A stretch of DNA of 64,000 nt from the NCBI GenBank assembly GCA_000993405.1, contig LBWB01000004.1:4861-68860 (forward strand). Reading direction: 5' to 3'. The notes under the pieces were generated by a model. The model did not search any database. It saw only the letters and a program-made list of their open reading frames with translations, and had not been told where the DNA came from. Shown one piece after another: positions 1 to 9,324 of the stretch. The stretch is from Candidatus Woesebacteria bacterium GW2011_GWB1_39_12 (GTDB lineage: Bacteria > Patescibacteriota > Microgenomatia > UBA8517). The position numbers and the translations under genes are program-made. How positions within the stretch are numbered: the stretch's first letter is position 1; each line of letters opens with the position of its first letter.

Positions 1-570
1 TTGGAAGGAGAAATGGGAGATGCCGTAATGGGAATGCAGGCAAGGCTCATGAGTCAAGCTTTAAGAAAGTTAACCGGGGCAATAAGTAAATCAAAAACGG
101 TTCTTATTTTTACTAACCAATTACGCCAAAAAATCGGAGTTATGTTTGGAAATCCCGAGACAACTCCGGGAGGCCTAGCTTTAAAGTTTTATTCATCAGT
201 GAGGTTGGATATTCGAAGAATAGAAGTTCTAAAAGACGGGGACTCTGTAATTGGCTCGCGTCATAGAGTTAGAGTTGTAAAAAATAAAGTAGCACCACCC
301 CTTCGTGTTGCCGAGCTGGACATCATGAGTGAGGAAGGCATCAGCAGGACCGGAGGACTGTTAGATGTTGCGGTTGACATGGCTTTAATGGAAAAGAAAG
401 GTTCATTTTTTAACTATGACGGAAAACCTTTAGCTCAAGGTAGAGAGGGTGCTAAAATGGCCTTGAGGGACGATAAAAAATTAGCAGAGGAAATTGAAAG
501 AAGAATTCGCGAAGCAGTTGCGGCAGGAAAAAAAGTGCCTAAGGAGTTGGGTGAAGAGAAAGAAGAGTAA
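1..570 (+). CDS. recA: Recombinase RecA, C-terminal part (gene begins before the window)
   Basis: Translation has the RecA signatures [46 protein letters not shown] and KNKVAPP. Confidence 0.97.
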   Translation: MEGEMGDAVMGMQARLMSQALRKLTGAISKSKTVLIFTNQLRQKIGVMFGNPETTPGGLALKFYSSVRLDIRRIEVLKDGDSVIGSRHRVRVVKNKVAPPLRVAELDIMSEEGISRTGGLLDVAVDMALMEKKGSFFNYDGKPLAQGREGAKMALRDDKKLAEEIERRIREAVAAGKKVPKELGEEKEE

Positions 571-635
571 AATGGTTAAATAGCTGAGTGGTTGAATGGT
601 TTTTTCTAACCATCTGGCCATCTAACTATCTAACT
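570..635. repeat. Octamer-periodic imperfect inverted repeat (AAATGGTT... / ...AACCATCT family)
   Basis: aaatggtt aaatagct gagtggtt gaatggtt followed by aaccatct ggccatct aactatct aactat; the same family occurs at 59740-59805. Confidence 0.65.
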
Positions 636-1268
636 ATGCCAACTGTTACTTCGATAAAACCTCAGAAAAATCAGAAACGCGTCAATATTTATTTAGACGA
701 CAAATTCGGATTCGGCCTAGATTTAGAAAACTTTGTAAAACTAGGGTTAAAAGTCGGACAAGAATTGACCGAGAAACAAATAGAGGAAATTGTCAAAAAG
801 GCGGAATTTCAGAAAGTTTATGACAAGATTTTAAGATTTGGAAGTTTGCGTCCCCGGTCGGAAAAAGAATATTTAACATGGCTAAGGAAGTATAAAGTTC
901 ACGAAAGCCTTTATAAAGAGCTGTTTAATAGACTAAAGCGATTAGAATTTCTTGATGATAAAAAGTTTACGGTCTGGTGGATTGGACAGAGATTACAATT
1001 TAAGTCTAAGTCTAAGAAGGAGTTAGTTCAGGAATTGAGAATTAAAGGAATAGATAAAGAAATAATTGATGCTGTTTTAGCTGAGTCTAAAATAGACGAA
1101 GTTGCAATGGCGAAAAAGTTATTAAAAAAGAGAAAATACATGTGGGAGAAATTGAGCGATTTTGAATCCCGCAAAAAAATGTCAGAATTTTTATTAAGGA
1201 AAGGTTTTAATTGGGAGGTTATTAGAGAAGTAATAAAAGGAATTGACGCAGACTCTTTTGATGTGTAG
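636..1268 (+). CDS. recX: RecX regulatory protein
   Basis: Follows recA; RVNIYLD, RPRSEKE, FLDDKKF and FLLRKGF motifs; ATG at 636 preferred over the ORF-track start, which lies in repeat DNA. Confidence 0.9.
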   Translation: MPTVTSIKPQKNQKRVNIYLDDKFGFGLDLENFVKLGLKVGQELTEKQIEEIVKKAEFQKVYDKILRFGSLRPRSEKEYLTWLRKYKVHESLYKELFNRLKRLEFLDDKKFTVWWIGQRLQFKSKSKKELVQELRIKGIDKEIIDAVLAESKIDEVAMAKKLLKKRKYMWEKLSDFESRKKMSEFLLRKGFNWEVIREVIKGIDADSFDV

Positions 1269-1271
1269 AAT
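1243..1271 (+). promoter_or_regulatory. Sigma70-type promoter for the rny leader
   Basis: TTGACG (1243-1248), 17 bp spacer, TAGAAT (1266-1271). Confidence 0.6.
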
Positions 1272-1374
1272 TTGAGCTAGGAGAATGGAAAATATGGTTA
1301 AAGAAACATTACTTTTAGTTTCTTTTTCTACCAACGTACTTATTTAAGTGCGGACTTTCTTATTCTCCAATCTA

Positions 1375-1510
1375 TAAATTCTAAGCACAAATTTCGAAAT
1401 ACTAAACAATATCAAAACTCTAAATTTAAATGTTCCAAACTGTTTGAAATTTTGATTTTTTAAAATTAGAATTTGTTTAGAATTTAGGATTTAGGATTTT
1501 GAATTTTAAA
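1375..1510. repeat. Heptamer-built long imperfect palindrome
   Basis: Left arm ctaagcac/cgaaatac/ctaaacaa, right arm ttgtttagaatttaggatttaggatttt; related elements at 3100-3203 and 16051-16187. Confidence 0.7.
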
Positions 1511-1514
1511 CATT

Positions 1515-2759
1515 ATGGCTACAGATGACATCAAAATACTGATAGAAGATTTAAGACGCCAACAAGGAGCATTAGATAAACGTGAACAGAAATTAAAAGC
1601 CTATGAGGAAGATCTTAAAGAAAAACTTGCTAAAGCTTCCAAAGTAAGTATCGAAGAGGCAAAGAAGTTACTCCTGGAGTCGGTTGAAAAAGACATTAAA
1701 GAGGAAATGGCCAAGAGAATAAGGCGTCTTGAAGAAAGAGTCAAAATTGAGGCAAATGAAAAAGCTCAGGAGATTTTGGCTGACGCTATGAAGCATGGTG
1801 CAACCACCTATACTGCAGAATATACGGTTTCAACAATTTCAGTTCCTAACGAAGAAGTTAAGGGTAGGATAATCGGAGCAGGTGGAAGAAACATTAGGAC
1901 ATTTGAGAAAGAAACGGGAGTTGAACTCGAGCTGGATGAGACGGCTGAGATAAGGCTTTCTTCATTTGATTCGGTTAGAAGGGAGATTGCAAGGCGCGCA
2001 CTTGAAACTCTTATTAGAGATACAAGGATTCAACCTTCAAGAATCGAAGAGGTAGTTAGGCAGACAAAAGCTCAGATGGAGGATATTTTATTGGAGGAGG
2101 GGAAAAGAATTTCAGAAGATTGTGGTGTTTATAATCTGCCAACTGAGATATTGAACCTCATCGGGCGATACAAGTTTAGAACTTCTTATGGCCAAAATTT
2201 AGGACTTCATACAATTGAAGAGACAAAAATTGGAGTTGCTGTTGCCCATGAGATTGGTGCAAATGTCGAAACAGTCAGACTAGGCTGTCTTCTTCACGAC
2301 ATAGGTAAGGTAGTTACCGATGAGGAAGGAACTCACGTTGATGCGGGTGTAGCCGTTCTCAAAAAACACGGGTTTCCTAAGGAAGTAATTTCCTGTGTTG
2401 CTGAGCATCACGAAGATAGACAATTCTCGTCAGTTGAATCAGTAGTTGTTTGGATTGCAGATGCAATTTCCGGTTCCCGCCCCGGCGCCCGCTACGAACC
2501 CCACGAAGATTATATCAAAAGGATGGAAAATATTGAGGAAGTTGCCAAAAGATATGAAGGCGTTGAGGAAGCATTTGCATTTCAGGCAGGACGAGACGTG
2601 AGGGTAGTGGTAAAGCCGGAAGAGGTTGATGATGATGAATTAACAATTTTAGCCCATAAAATTGCAAAACAGCTTGAGAAGGAAGCCGAATATGCAGGAC
2701 AGATTAAGGTGACTGTTATACGAGAAGTAAGGGCAGTTGATACCACAGCTGCTAAGTAA
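1515..2759 (+). CDS. rny: Ribonuclease Y
   Basis: KH domain (KGRIIGAGGRNIR), HD domain (LLHDIGK, EHHE, ADAISGSRPGAR) and C-terminal GQIKVTVIRE. Confidence 0.95.
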   Translation: MATDDIKILIEDLRRQQGALDKREQKLKAYEEDLKEKLAKASKVSIEEAKKLLLESVEKDIKEEMAKRIRRLEERVKIEANEKAQEILADAMKHGATTYTAEYTVSTISVPNEEVKGRIIGAGGRNIRTFEKETGVELELDETAEIRLSSFDSVRREIARRALETLIRDTRIQPSRIEEVVRQTKAQMEDILLEEGKRISEDCGVYNLPTEILNLIGRYKFRTSYGQNLGLHTIEETKIGVAVAHEIGANVETVRLGCLLHDIGKVVTDEEGTHVDAGVAVLKKHGFPKEVISCVAEHHEDRQFSSVESVVVWIADAISGSRPGARYEPHEDYIKRMENIEEVAKRYEGVEEAFAFQAGRDVRVVVKPEEVDDDELTILAHKIAKQLEKEAEYAGQIKVTVIREVRAVDTTAAK

Positions 2760-2773
2760 AAAATCCCGAACAC

Positions 2774-2802
2774 TTGACAGAATCTTTGTATTAATGTATC
2801 CT
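2774..2802 (+). promoter_or_regulatory. Promoter of the HU gene (near-leaderless)
   Basis: TTGACA 2774-2779, 17 bp spacer, TATCCT 2797-2802; ATG 10 nt later. Confidence 0.55.
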
Positions 2803-2812
2803 AGGTTTCGAT

Positions 2813-3088
2813 ATGACTAAAAGAGAGATTGTTGATTTGGTAGCCAGAAAAGCGCATCTGACTAAAAAAGCAGCGGTTGAGGCAGTTGAGACATTTTTGA
2901 ACGAAGTAGGAAGAACCCTATCCAAAGGAGAAAAAGTTGTTCTCTCAGGCTTCGGAACTTTTAGGGTAATCTCCATGAAAGGCAAGACAGTCAAGATTCC
3001 CAATACCGAAAAGTTGGTTACAATAAAATCGCATCGCTCCCCACGCTTCACTCCGGGTAAAAAGTTGAAAAGACAGGTAACGCGCTAA
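2813..3088 (+). CDS. hup: HU family DNA-binding protein
   Basis: MTKREIV, GEKVVLSGFGTF, PRFTPGKKLK. Confidence 0.93.
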   Translation: MTKREIVDLVARKAHLTKKAAVEAVETFLNEVGRTLSKGEKVVLSGFGTFRVISMKGKTVKIPNTEKLVTIKSHRSPRFTPGKKLKRQVTR

Positions 3089-3099
3089 AGCGCGAAGTT

Positions 3100-3203
3100 T
3101 CTAATTCCTAAACAAATCCCAAACTCTAAATTCCAATATTTTAAACATTATTAATTTGAATTTAATTATTGTTTAGGATTTTGTGCTTAGTGCTTAGAGT
3201 TTC
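3100..3203. repeat. Heptamer-built imperfect palindrome
   Basis: cctaaacaa ... ttgtttagg arms and gtgcttag tandem; same family as 1375-1510. Confidence 0.65.
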
Positions 3204-3228
3204 CGCTTCGCGGTGTTATACTTTAGCC

Positions 3229-4251
3229 ATGAGTAAGGAGAATAAGGAAGCAGTTGAAAAAACAATAATTGTTGAACATTTGGTCAAAAATTTTGAAGTA
3301 ACAGAGAGAAAGCCGGGGTTGGCTGGAAGTATTTCTTCACTTTTTTCGCCCCAGAAAAAAATTATCAGAGCACTAAAAAGTATTTCTTTTAGTATTAACA
3401 AAGGTGAGCTGGTTGGGTTTATAGGTCCGAATGGAGCCGGAAAAACGACCACTCTTAAGGTTTTGTCAGGCCTTCTTTTTCCGACGGCCGGTTTTATTCA
3501 GGTAATGGGATTTGATCCCTGGACAAGACGTCCTGAATTTTTAAAGCAAATTTCCCTTATCATGGGACAAAAAAATCAGCTTTGGTGGGATCTTCCTGCG
3601 ATTGAAACACTGGAATTGAATCGTGCAATCTATGAAATTCCGCAAAATATTTATAAGGAAAGTTTTGACGAATTGGTCGAGCTTTTGGAAGTTAAAAAAT
3701 TTTTAAATACTCCGGTAAGAAAACTTTCATTGGGTCAAAGAATGAGACTAGAGCTGGTTGCGGCGCTTCTGCATCACCCCAAGGTGCTTTTTTTGGACGA
3801 ACCGACGATTGGGCTTGATGTTGTTGCTCAGCAAAAAGTTCGCGATTTTATATTCGAATATAACAGAAAGCATTCGGCGACAATTATGCTTACATCGCAT
3901 AATATGGATGACCTTATTGATTTGGCTAAAAGAGTAATAGTTATAGACAAAGGTCAGATCCTATTCGATGGGAATTTAAAGGAGTTGGTAGTTCAGTTTG
4001 CAAAAGAAAAAATTATAAAAGTTTATCTTTCAAAAGAAGCGGACATTAAAAAACTAGACGAGATTGGTAAAATCAAGCGTTTTGATTTTCCACAAGCAAT
4101 TCTTGCAGTTCCCCGAGAGGCAACAGCAGTTGCCGCAGCGGAACTTCTCCAGAATTTTCCGGTTGCGGATTTGACCATAGAAGAAGAACCGATTGAAGAA
4201 ATAATAAGACGTGTATTTAGAGGAGAGGTAATAAAGAAAAAAAATGGGTAA
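3229..4251 (+). CDS. ABC transporter ATP-binding protein (ABC-2 type)
   Basis: Walker A GPNGAGKTT, signature LSLGQ, Walker B LFLDEPT; ATG at 3229. Confidence 0.92.
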   Translation: MSKENKEAVEKTIIVEHLVKNFEVTERKPGLAGSISSLFSPQKKIIRALKSISFSINKGELVGFIGPNGAGKTTTLKVLSGLLFPTAGFIQVMGFDPWTRRPEFLKQISLIMGQKNQLWWDLPAIETLELNRAIYEIPQNIYKESFDELVELLEVKKFLNTPVRKLSLGQRMRLELVAALLHHPKVLFLDEPTIGLDVVAQQKVRDFIFEYNRKHSATIMLTSHNMDDLIDLAKRVIVIDKGQILFDGNLKELVVQFAKEKIIKVYLSKEADIKKLDEIGKIKRFDFPQAILAVPREATAVAAAELLQNFPVADLTIEEEPIEEIIRRVFRGEVIKKKNG

Positions 4252-5047
4252 GTATCTGCAGGTTTTTAAGATTTCTTTTCAGCAGGAATTTGTATATCGC
4301 TTGAACTTCATAATGTGGAGGGTGAGAAACGTTTTACAAATTTTTATTGTATTTTTTTTGTGGGATACGGTATTTTCTGCTCAGGGTAGACAACTTTTCG
4401 GCTACGATAGGGATAAAATTCTGACCTATGTTTTCGGATTAATTTTTATCAAGGCATTTGTTCTGTCATCAAGAGTGCAGGATGTTGCAGGGGATATTGC
4501 CCGAGGAGAAATAATTAATTATCTTTTAAAACCTGTTAATTATTTTAAATACTGGTTGACAAGGGATATTTCAAGTAAAGCGCTAAACTTAGTCTTTGCT
4601 GTTGGGGAATTCAGCCTTCTTTATCTTATCTTGAGGCCACCTTTTTATTTTCAAAATAATCCATTTCTTATAATTCTTTTTTTAATAAGTATAATTCTGG
4701 CAATTTTTACATATTATATTTTGTTATTTATTGTGAATGCGATTCCTTTTTGGGCGCCTGAAATGGGTTGGGGCGGACACTTTTTGGTCACAGTTATAAT
4801 GGTTGAATTTCTTTCAGGGGCTCTTTTTCCTTTGGATATACTTCCGGCCTCACTTCAAAATGTTCTAAACTTTACTCCTTTTCCTTATTTAATCTTCTTT
4901 CCACTTCAAGTTTATTTGGGAAAAATTACCGGGTTTTTGCTTTTTAAAGGAATCTTTATCTCCACCATTTGGATTTTTATCTTGTGGTTTTTCATGAACT
5001 GGATTTGGAAGAAAGGATTTAAGGTTTATCAGGCTTACGGAAGGTGA
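4244..5047 (+). CDS. ABC-2 family permease (DUF990-like)
   Basis: Multiple TM segments, YLLKPV and LSGALFPL motifs; coupled to the ATPase. Confidence 0.85.
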   Translation: MGKYLQVFKISFQQEFVYRLNFIMWRVRNVLQIFIVFFLWDTVFSAQGRQLFGYDRDKILTYVFGLIFIKAFVLSSRVQDVAGDIARGEIINYLLKPVNYFKYWLTRDISSKALNLVFAVGEFSLLYLILRPPFYFQNNPFLIILFLISIILAIFTYYILLFIVNAIPFWAPEMGWGGHFLVTVIMVEFLSGALFPLDILPASLQNVLNFTPFPYLIFFPLQVYLGKITGFLLFKGIFISTIWIFILWFFMNWIWKKGFKVYQAYGR

Positions 5048-5050
5048 TAT

Positions 5051-5839
5051 ATGAAAAGATTGCTCTATTATCTTAGGATTTGGGTTTTCATGAGCAGGAA
5101 CTCATTTTTAATGGTTCTTAATCAAAGAAGCGTACTTTTGATTTTTTTGGCCGGTAAGGTGCTTCGATTTTTATTTTTCATTTCTTTTTTGTTTTTCCTA
5201 TTAAAAGGAGCAGAAAATCTTGCGGGTTATAATTCTACACAAACAATCTTTTTCTTTTTATCTTTTATGGTAGTCGATACAACTGCACAGTTTTTTTTCA
5301 GAGAAGTATATAGATTTCGATCTTACGTTGTAACAGGCGATTTTGATCTTATCTTGGCAAAACCAATGAATGCTTTATTTAGGGTTTTGATGGGAGGCGC
5401 AGATGTTATTGACTTAATAACATTACCACCTCTTTACGCCGCAACGGTCTATGTCGGAAAACTTTTAAATCCTTCCTTGGAGAATGTCTTTTTGTATTTA
5501 TTACTTCTCGTTTCAGGATTATTAATAACTGCAGCATTCCATATTATTGTAATTTCTTTCGGAATTATAACTTTGGAAGTCGATCATACAATTATGATTT
5601 ACCGAGACATTACAAGTATGGGAAGGTTTCCTGTCGACATTTACAAAGAGCCATTGAAAGGAATTCTAACGTATTTCATTCCTGTTGCAATAATGATGAC
5701 TCTACCGGCCAAGGCTTTTATGGGATTAGCCAGTTTTACTGGAGTATTGTCAGCTCTTATAATTTCTATCTTATTTATATTTATTTCTTTTCGCTTTTGG
5801 AATTTTGCTATGGAAAAATATTCGAGTGCGAGTAGCTAG
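5051..5839 (+). CDS. ABC-2 family permease (DUF990-like)
   Basis: GDFDLILAKP, RFPVDIY, C-terminal YSSASS. Confidence 0.85.
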   Translation: MKRLLYYLRIWVFMSRNSFLMVLNQRSVLLIFLAGKVLRFLFFISFLFFLLKGAENLAGYNSTQTIFFFLSFMVVDTTAQFFFREVYRFRSYVVTGDFDLILAKPMNALFRVLMGGADVIDLITLPPLYAATVYVGKLLNPSLENVFLYLLLLVSGLLITAAFHIIVISFGIITLEVDHTIMIYRDITSMGRFPVDIYKEPLKGILTYFIPVAIMMTLPAKAFMGLASFTGVLSALIISILFIFISFRFWNFAMEKYSSASS

Positions 5840-5880
5840 AAAAGGCCGTAGAAAAATGCTATTCTTGCTAAAAGCAATAT

Positions 5881-6867
5881 ATGCCGCAAAAAATCGAAAT
5901 ATCACAAAAAACTATCATCTTTACGGCTTTCTTTTTAGCAGGGTTGTGGATTGTCTACTATATTCGCGATATTATTCTGCAACTTTATCTTGCACTTTTG
6001 ATAACTACAGTTCTGAGTCCTATTATTGGAAAGCTATCAAAGTATAAAATACCTAAAACGGTTTCGATTCTTTTGGCTTATCTTACTCTTTTAACGATTA
6101 TTAGTTTTTCGGTAGCCGCCATTGTGCCACCCTTAGTCGAACAAACATCATCTTTTATTAGTAATCTTCCTCTCTTTCTTAAAAATGTAGGTTTTTCTGT
6201 AGTTATAAGTGACCAAATTGTTCAACAGCTCATCACCCAACTTGGTTCCCTACCTGCGCAGATTGCTAAACTTACTTTGTCACTCTTTTCCAATGTGATT
6301 GGGGTTGTTGCTGTTCTGGTCTTTGCCTTTTACTTGTTGTCTGAAAGAGAGAGGTTAGAAGAGCAACTTGCCCATTTTGTAGGCGAAAAGAAAAAAGACG
6401 AGTTAGTTAAAGTAATGAGTGCTCTTGAAATAAGACTTGGAAGCTGGGCGATTGGCCAAATAACACTAATGTTCGTTGTGGGCTTAACAAGTTATATAGG
6501 ATTGAGACTCTTAGGGATTCCTTTTGCACTTCCTCTGGCGATCCTGGCAGGGATTTTAGAAGTAATTCCTTATATTGGTCCGACTTTGGCTGCTATCCCG
6601 GCAGTCCTTATTGGTTTCGGCATCTCGCCGATATTGGGATTTGCGACCGCCGCCTTGGCTTTTTTGATTCAACAACTGGAAAATTACGTTTTTGTACCTC
6701 AAATAATGAGAAGATCTACCGGTGTTAATCCGGTTATAACACTCCTTGCTTTGGCGATTGGCTTTAGACTGGCAGGAATTATTGGAATACTTATTGCTGT
6801 TCCTGTTTATATTACAATTCAGGTTGTTACAAAAGAGTATTTTCTTAAAGGAGTGCGATCTTCTTAA
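5881..6867 (+). CDS. AI-2E family transporter (PerM-like)
   Basis: Hydrophobic; IPYIGP, QQLENY..P and GILIAVP motifs. Confidence 0.88.
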   Translation: MPQKIEISQKTIIFTAFFLAGLWIVYYIRDIILQLYLALLITTVLSPIIGKLSKYKIPKTVSILLAYLTLLTIISFSVAAIVPPLVEQTSSFISNLPLFLKNVGFSVVISDQIVQQLITQLGSLPAQIAKLTLSLFSNVIGVVAVLVFAFYLLSERERLEEQLAHFVGEKKKDELVKVMSALEIRLGSWAIGQITLMFVVGLTSYIGLRLLGIPFALPLAILAGILEVIPYIGPTLAAIPAVLIGFGISPILGFATAALAFLIQQLENYVFVPQIMRRSTGVNPVITLLALAIGFRLAGIIGILIAVPVYITIQVVTKEYFLKGVRSS

Positions 6868-6899
6868 TAATTTAGCTTCAATATGATATAATATGAATG

Positions 6900-7262
6900 C
6901 TCTGGAGGAAGGACGGCTACTACGTTCAGTTTATATGAACGTAGAGGAAAGTCCAGGCAGCAGAAGACAGGGGACGGAGTGTAAGCTCCGACTGGCAACA
7001 GCTGGTGTTTCAGGGTTGAAAGATCTTGAAAACCGATTCTGAACAGACAGAATTGGAGAATCACAGAGACGATCATTAACCTGTACCCCGACGGGTATGG
7101 TAAATGGGTGAAACGTTGATAATCCCACTCGCTGCAACCTCCGAGGGAGTTTATAATCCCGTGAGGGCTTAGATAGATTGCCGTCTAGTCCTTCGGCAAG
7201 CTCAGGATTACCCTGAGTGAAATTGAAGGGCAAAACAGAACCTGGCTTACTAGCCTCCAGAG
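6900..7262 (+). ncRNA. rnpB: RNase P RNA
   Basis: Conserved GAGGAAAGTCC (6943-6953) and ACAGAA..GGCTTA near 7235-7249; terminal helix CTCTGGAGG (6900-6908) pairs with CCTCCAGAG (7254-7262); TATAAT just upstream. Confidence 0.93.
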
Positions 7263-7297
7263 ACTAAAAAATCCACCAATAGGGTGGATTTTTTAGT
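7263..7297 (+). terminator. Intrinsic (probably bidirectional) terminator after rnpB
   Basis: actaaaaaatccacc-loop-ggtggattttttagt near-perfect inverted repeat with T tract. Confidence 0.8.
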
Positions 7298-7358
7298 TAC
7301 AGAATAGCGGCTAGCCAAGGTTCTCGCAGAATGCGGGGTTCTTATTAGTCTCCAGAGT

Positions 7359-7393
7359 ACGAAACGACCCCGATTTAATCGGGGTTTTTTCGT
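7359..7393 (+). terminator. Second terminator-like hairpin, after a duplicated rnpB 3' end
   Basis: acgaaacgaccccga-loop-tcggggttttttcgt. Confidence 0.6.
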
Positions 7394-7592
7394 TTCGGAC
7401 GATAGAGGGGATCCAATGTTCTCGCGCAAAGCGCGAGGTTCTTCCTAACCTGCATTCGCCTAAGGCGAATGACAACAGATTTCACATCTTAACAGCTTAT
7501 AGTCTTGTAATTTTGTGAAAAATATGGAAGAATAAATATATAGAAGGCCACCGGCCCAGAGGGCCTCTGGCCCGGAGGGAGGTGAACAAGAT

Positions 7593-8276
7593 ATGAGAGG
7601 AGTTTCTATTTGGCAGCAAGCTTTAGTTTCTTCGTGGGGTACGGTCTGGACTTCTTTTTTAACTTTTTTACCAACTGTTTTAGGTGCAATTGTTATCTTT
7701 GCAATTGGTCTCATCCTAGCCTATTGGCTAAAACGACTGATAAGCGAAGTCTTGAAAGCAGTAAAGCTTGAAAAGCTTTCAGACTCTTTGGGGATAGACC
7801 AATATCTTAAAAAGGCCGAAATTAAACTTGATTTAGCTGGAATATTGGCGGTTTTTGTCCAGTGGATAATAATTCTTGTATTCTTCTTGGCAGCCGTTGA
7901 TATTCTGGGACTTTCGGTCGTTTCAGAAGTTCTTGCCAGGGTTCTTTCCTATATTCCTAACATTTTGGCTGCGGCCTTAATTTTCGGAGCTGGATATTTT
8001 GTTGCCGGAGTTGTGGAAAGTGTGGTTCGAGGTGCATTTGCCTCGGTTGATCACGAAGCCGCAAAACCTGTTGCTAAATTTAGTCGTTGGGTTATCGTAA
8101 TAGTAAGTTTCTTTGCGGCCGTTGAGCAGTTGCAGATTGCTCGTGGACTCATCGCAACATTTTTCCAAGGACTAACATACACAATAGTTTTGGTTGTCGG
8201 ACTTTCAGTCGGTCTTGGAGCGAAAGACGTCGTTGCCAAAATCCTGAACGATTGGTACGAGAAAGTGAAGAAATAG
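7593..8276 (+). CDS. TM-helix repeat membrane protein (CmpX / small mechanosensitive channel-associated)
   Basis: Two TM_helix-like units (FLPTVLGAIVI, YIPNILAAALI) and GLSVGLGAKD; strong GGAGGTGA RBS. Confidence 0.75.
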   Translation: MRGVSIWQQALVSSWGTVWTSFLTFLPTVLGAIVIFAIGLILAYWLKRLISEVLKAVKLEKLSDSLGIDQYLKKAEIKLDLAGILAVFVQWIIILVFFLAAVDILGLSVVSEVLARVLSYIPNILAAALIFGAGYFVAGVVESVVRGAFASVDHEAAKPVAKFSRWVIVIVSFFAAVEQLQIARGLIATFFQGLTYTIVLVVGLSVGLGAKDVVAKILNDWYEKVKK

Positions 8277-8379
8277 AAGTAAGAAGTTAGATATAAGATG
8301 TTAGTGATTTAGTATTTGGAGATAATTTGAGTATATCGCGCAATACATTTGTATTAGATATTTTTATATTGAAGTATAT

Positions 8380-8925
8380 TTATTCGAGATTATAATCCCA
8401 ACCGGGTTGCCAGGCTTTCTTTTTTCTCCAATCTTCTGCAAATGCTTGTTCCCATGTTTTTCCTTTAATAAGGACATCAAGTGCAAGTTGAGGAGCTTTA
8501 TGTGCAACAATGGCAACGTTTTTTCCGTCGTAATGTTTCTTTAAGAATTCAAGAAAGTCAGCAATCCTGGCTTTAACATCCTCATAACTTTCACCACCTG
8601 GAAATCTTTTTGTAATATTTTCTTCCTGCATGGGTTCGACTATGTCTGAAGGTTTGCCGTTGAATTCTCCGTAATTACACTCTCTTAGACGTTTATCCTC
8701 GATAATCGGCACGGATCGACCGAATATAATTTTTGTTGAATCAACAGCTCTTTTTAAATCCGAACAGAAAGCTGCGTCAAATTTCTTGCCTTCAATTCCT
8801 TTTATATTTGCTCGTGCGTGACCCTTTCCTACTTCTGTTAGTTGAACATCTTTCCATCCTGACGACAACCCTTTCTCATTATCAGTTGTTGTGCCGTGGA
8901 CGAAATATGTAATTTCAATTGCCAT
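8380..8925 (-). CDS. Histidine phosphatase family protein
   Basis: VHGTT (RHG-like), SDLKRA, LRECNYG, PGGES, IVAH. Confidence 0.88.
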   Translation of the reverse strand: MAIEITYFVHGTTTDNEKGLSSGWKDVQLTEVGKGHARANIKGIEGKKFDAAFCSDLKRAVDSTKIIFGRSVPIIEDKRLRECNYGEFNGKPSDIVEPMQEENITKRFPGGESYEDVKARIADFLEFLKKHYDGKNVAIVAHKAPQLALDVLIKGKTWEQAFAEDWRKKKAWQPGWDYNLE

Positions 8926-8971
8926 GCTGGTTGATTATATCAAAAAGTTGAATGATGTAAAATTCAAAGGT

Positions 8972-9193
8972 ATGGCTAATACGGAAAGAAGACCGTTTTT
9001 AGAAAGAGCAGCTGAAAAGTTCGCTGAATTTTCAAAAAAAGTAGATACAATTTTGATAGCGGCGGGTGCCGGAATATATGTTCTGGTCAATACCGCTGTT
9101 GGAGCTGCAATTGTAATAGGAAGCGTAATTACGATCGTACCTGCTCAAGCCTTTGAGCGCTTTCTTAAAAAACGCCGTGCAAGAGCCGCTTAG
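8972..9193 (+). CDS. Small membrane protein, hypothetical
   Basis: MANTERRP start after a -10-like TAAAAT; hydrophobic hairpin. Confidence 0.55.
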   Translation: MANTERRPFLERAAEKFAEFSKKVDTILIAAGAGIYVLVNTAVGAAIVIGSVITIVPAQAFERFLKKRRARAA

Positions 9194-9324
9194 GCATAAT
9201 TACGATTGTTCTTGAAATCGGAATCTACTTTTAAATCTCTCTATTTTCCATTGTATAATGAAATGTACTAATATTAATTAGGTTAGTTTACTGATTTTAG
9301 CTGAATCTAATCATCTATCTGCCC

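Noticed and set aside
588-635. ORF-track N-terminal extensions of recX (also the ABC ATPase at 3169 and the pilin at 18510)
   Set aside because: They run through repeat DNA or the upstream gene; downstream ATGs fit the protein families better.
6864-7233. Minus-strand ORFs of 70 and 100 aa
   Set aside because: They overlap the RNase P RNA gene.
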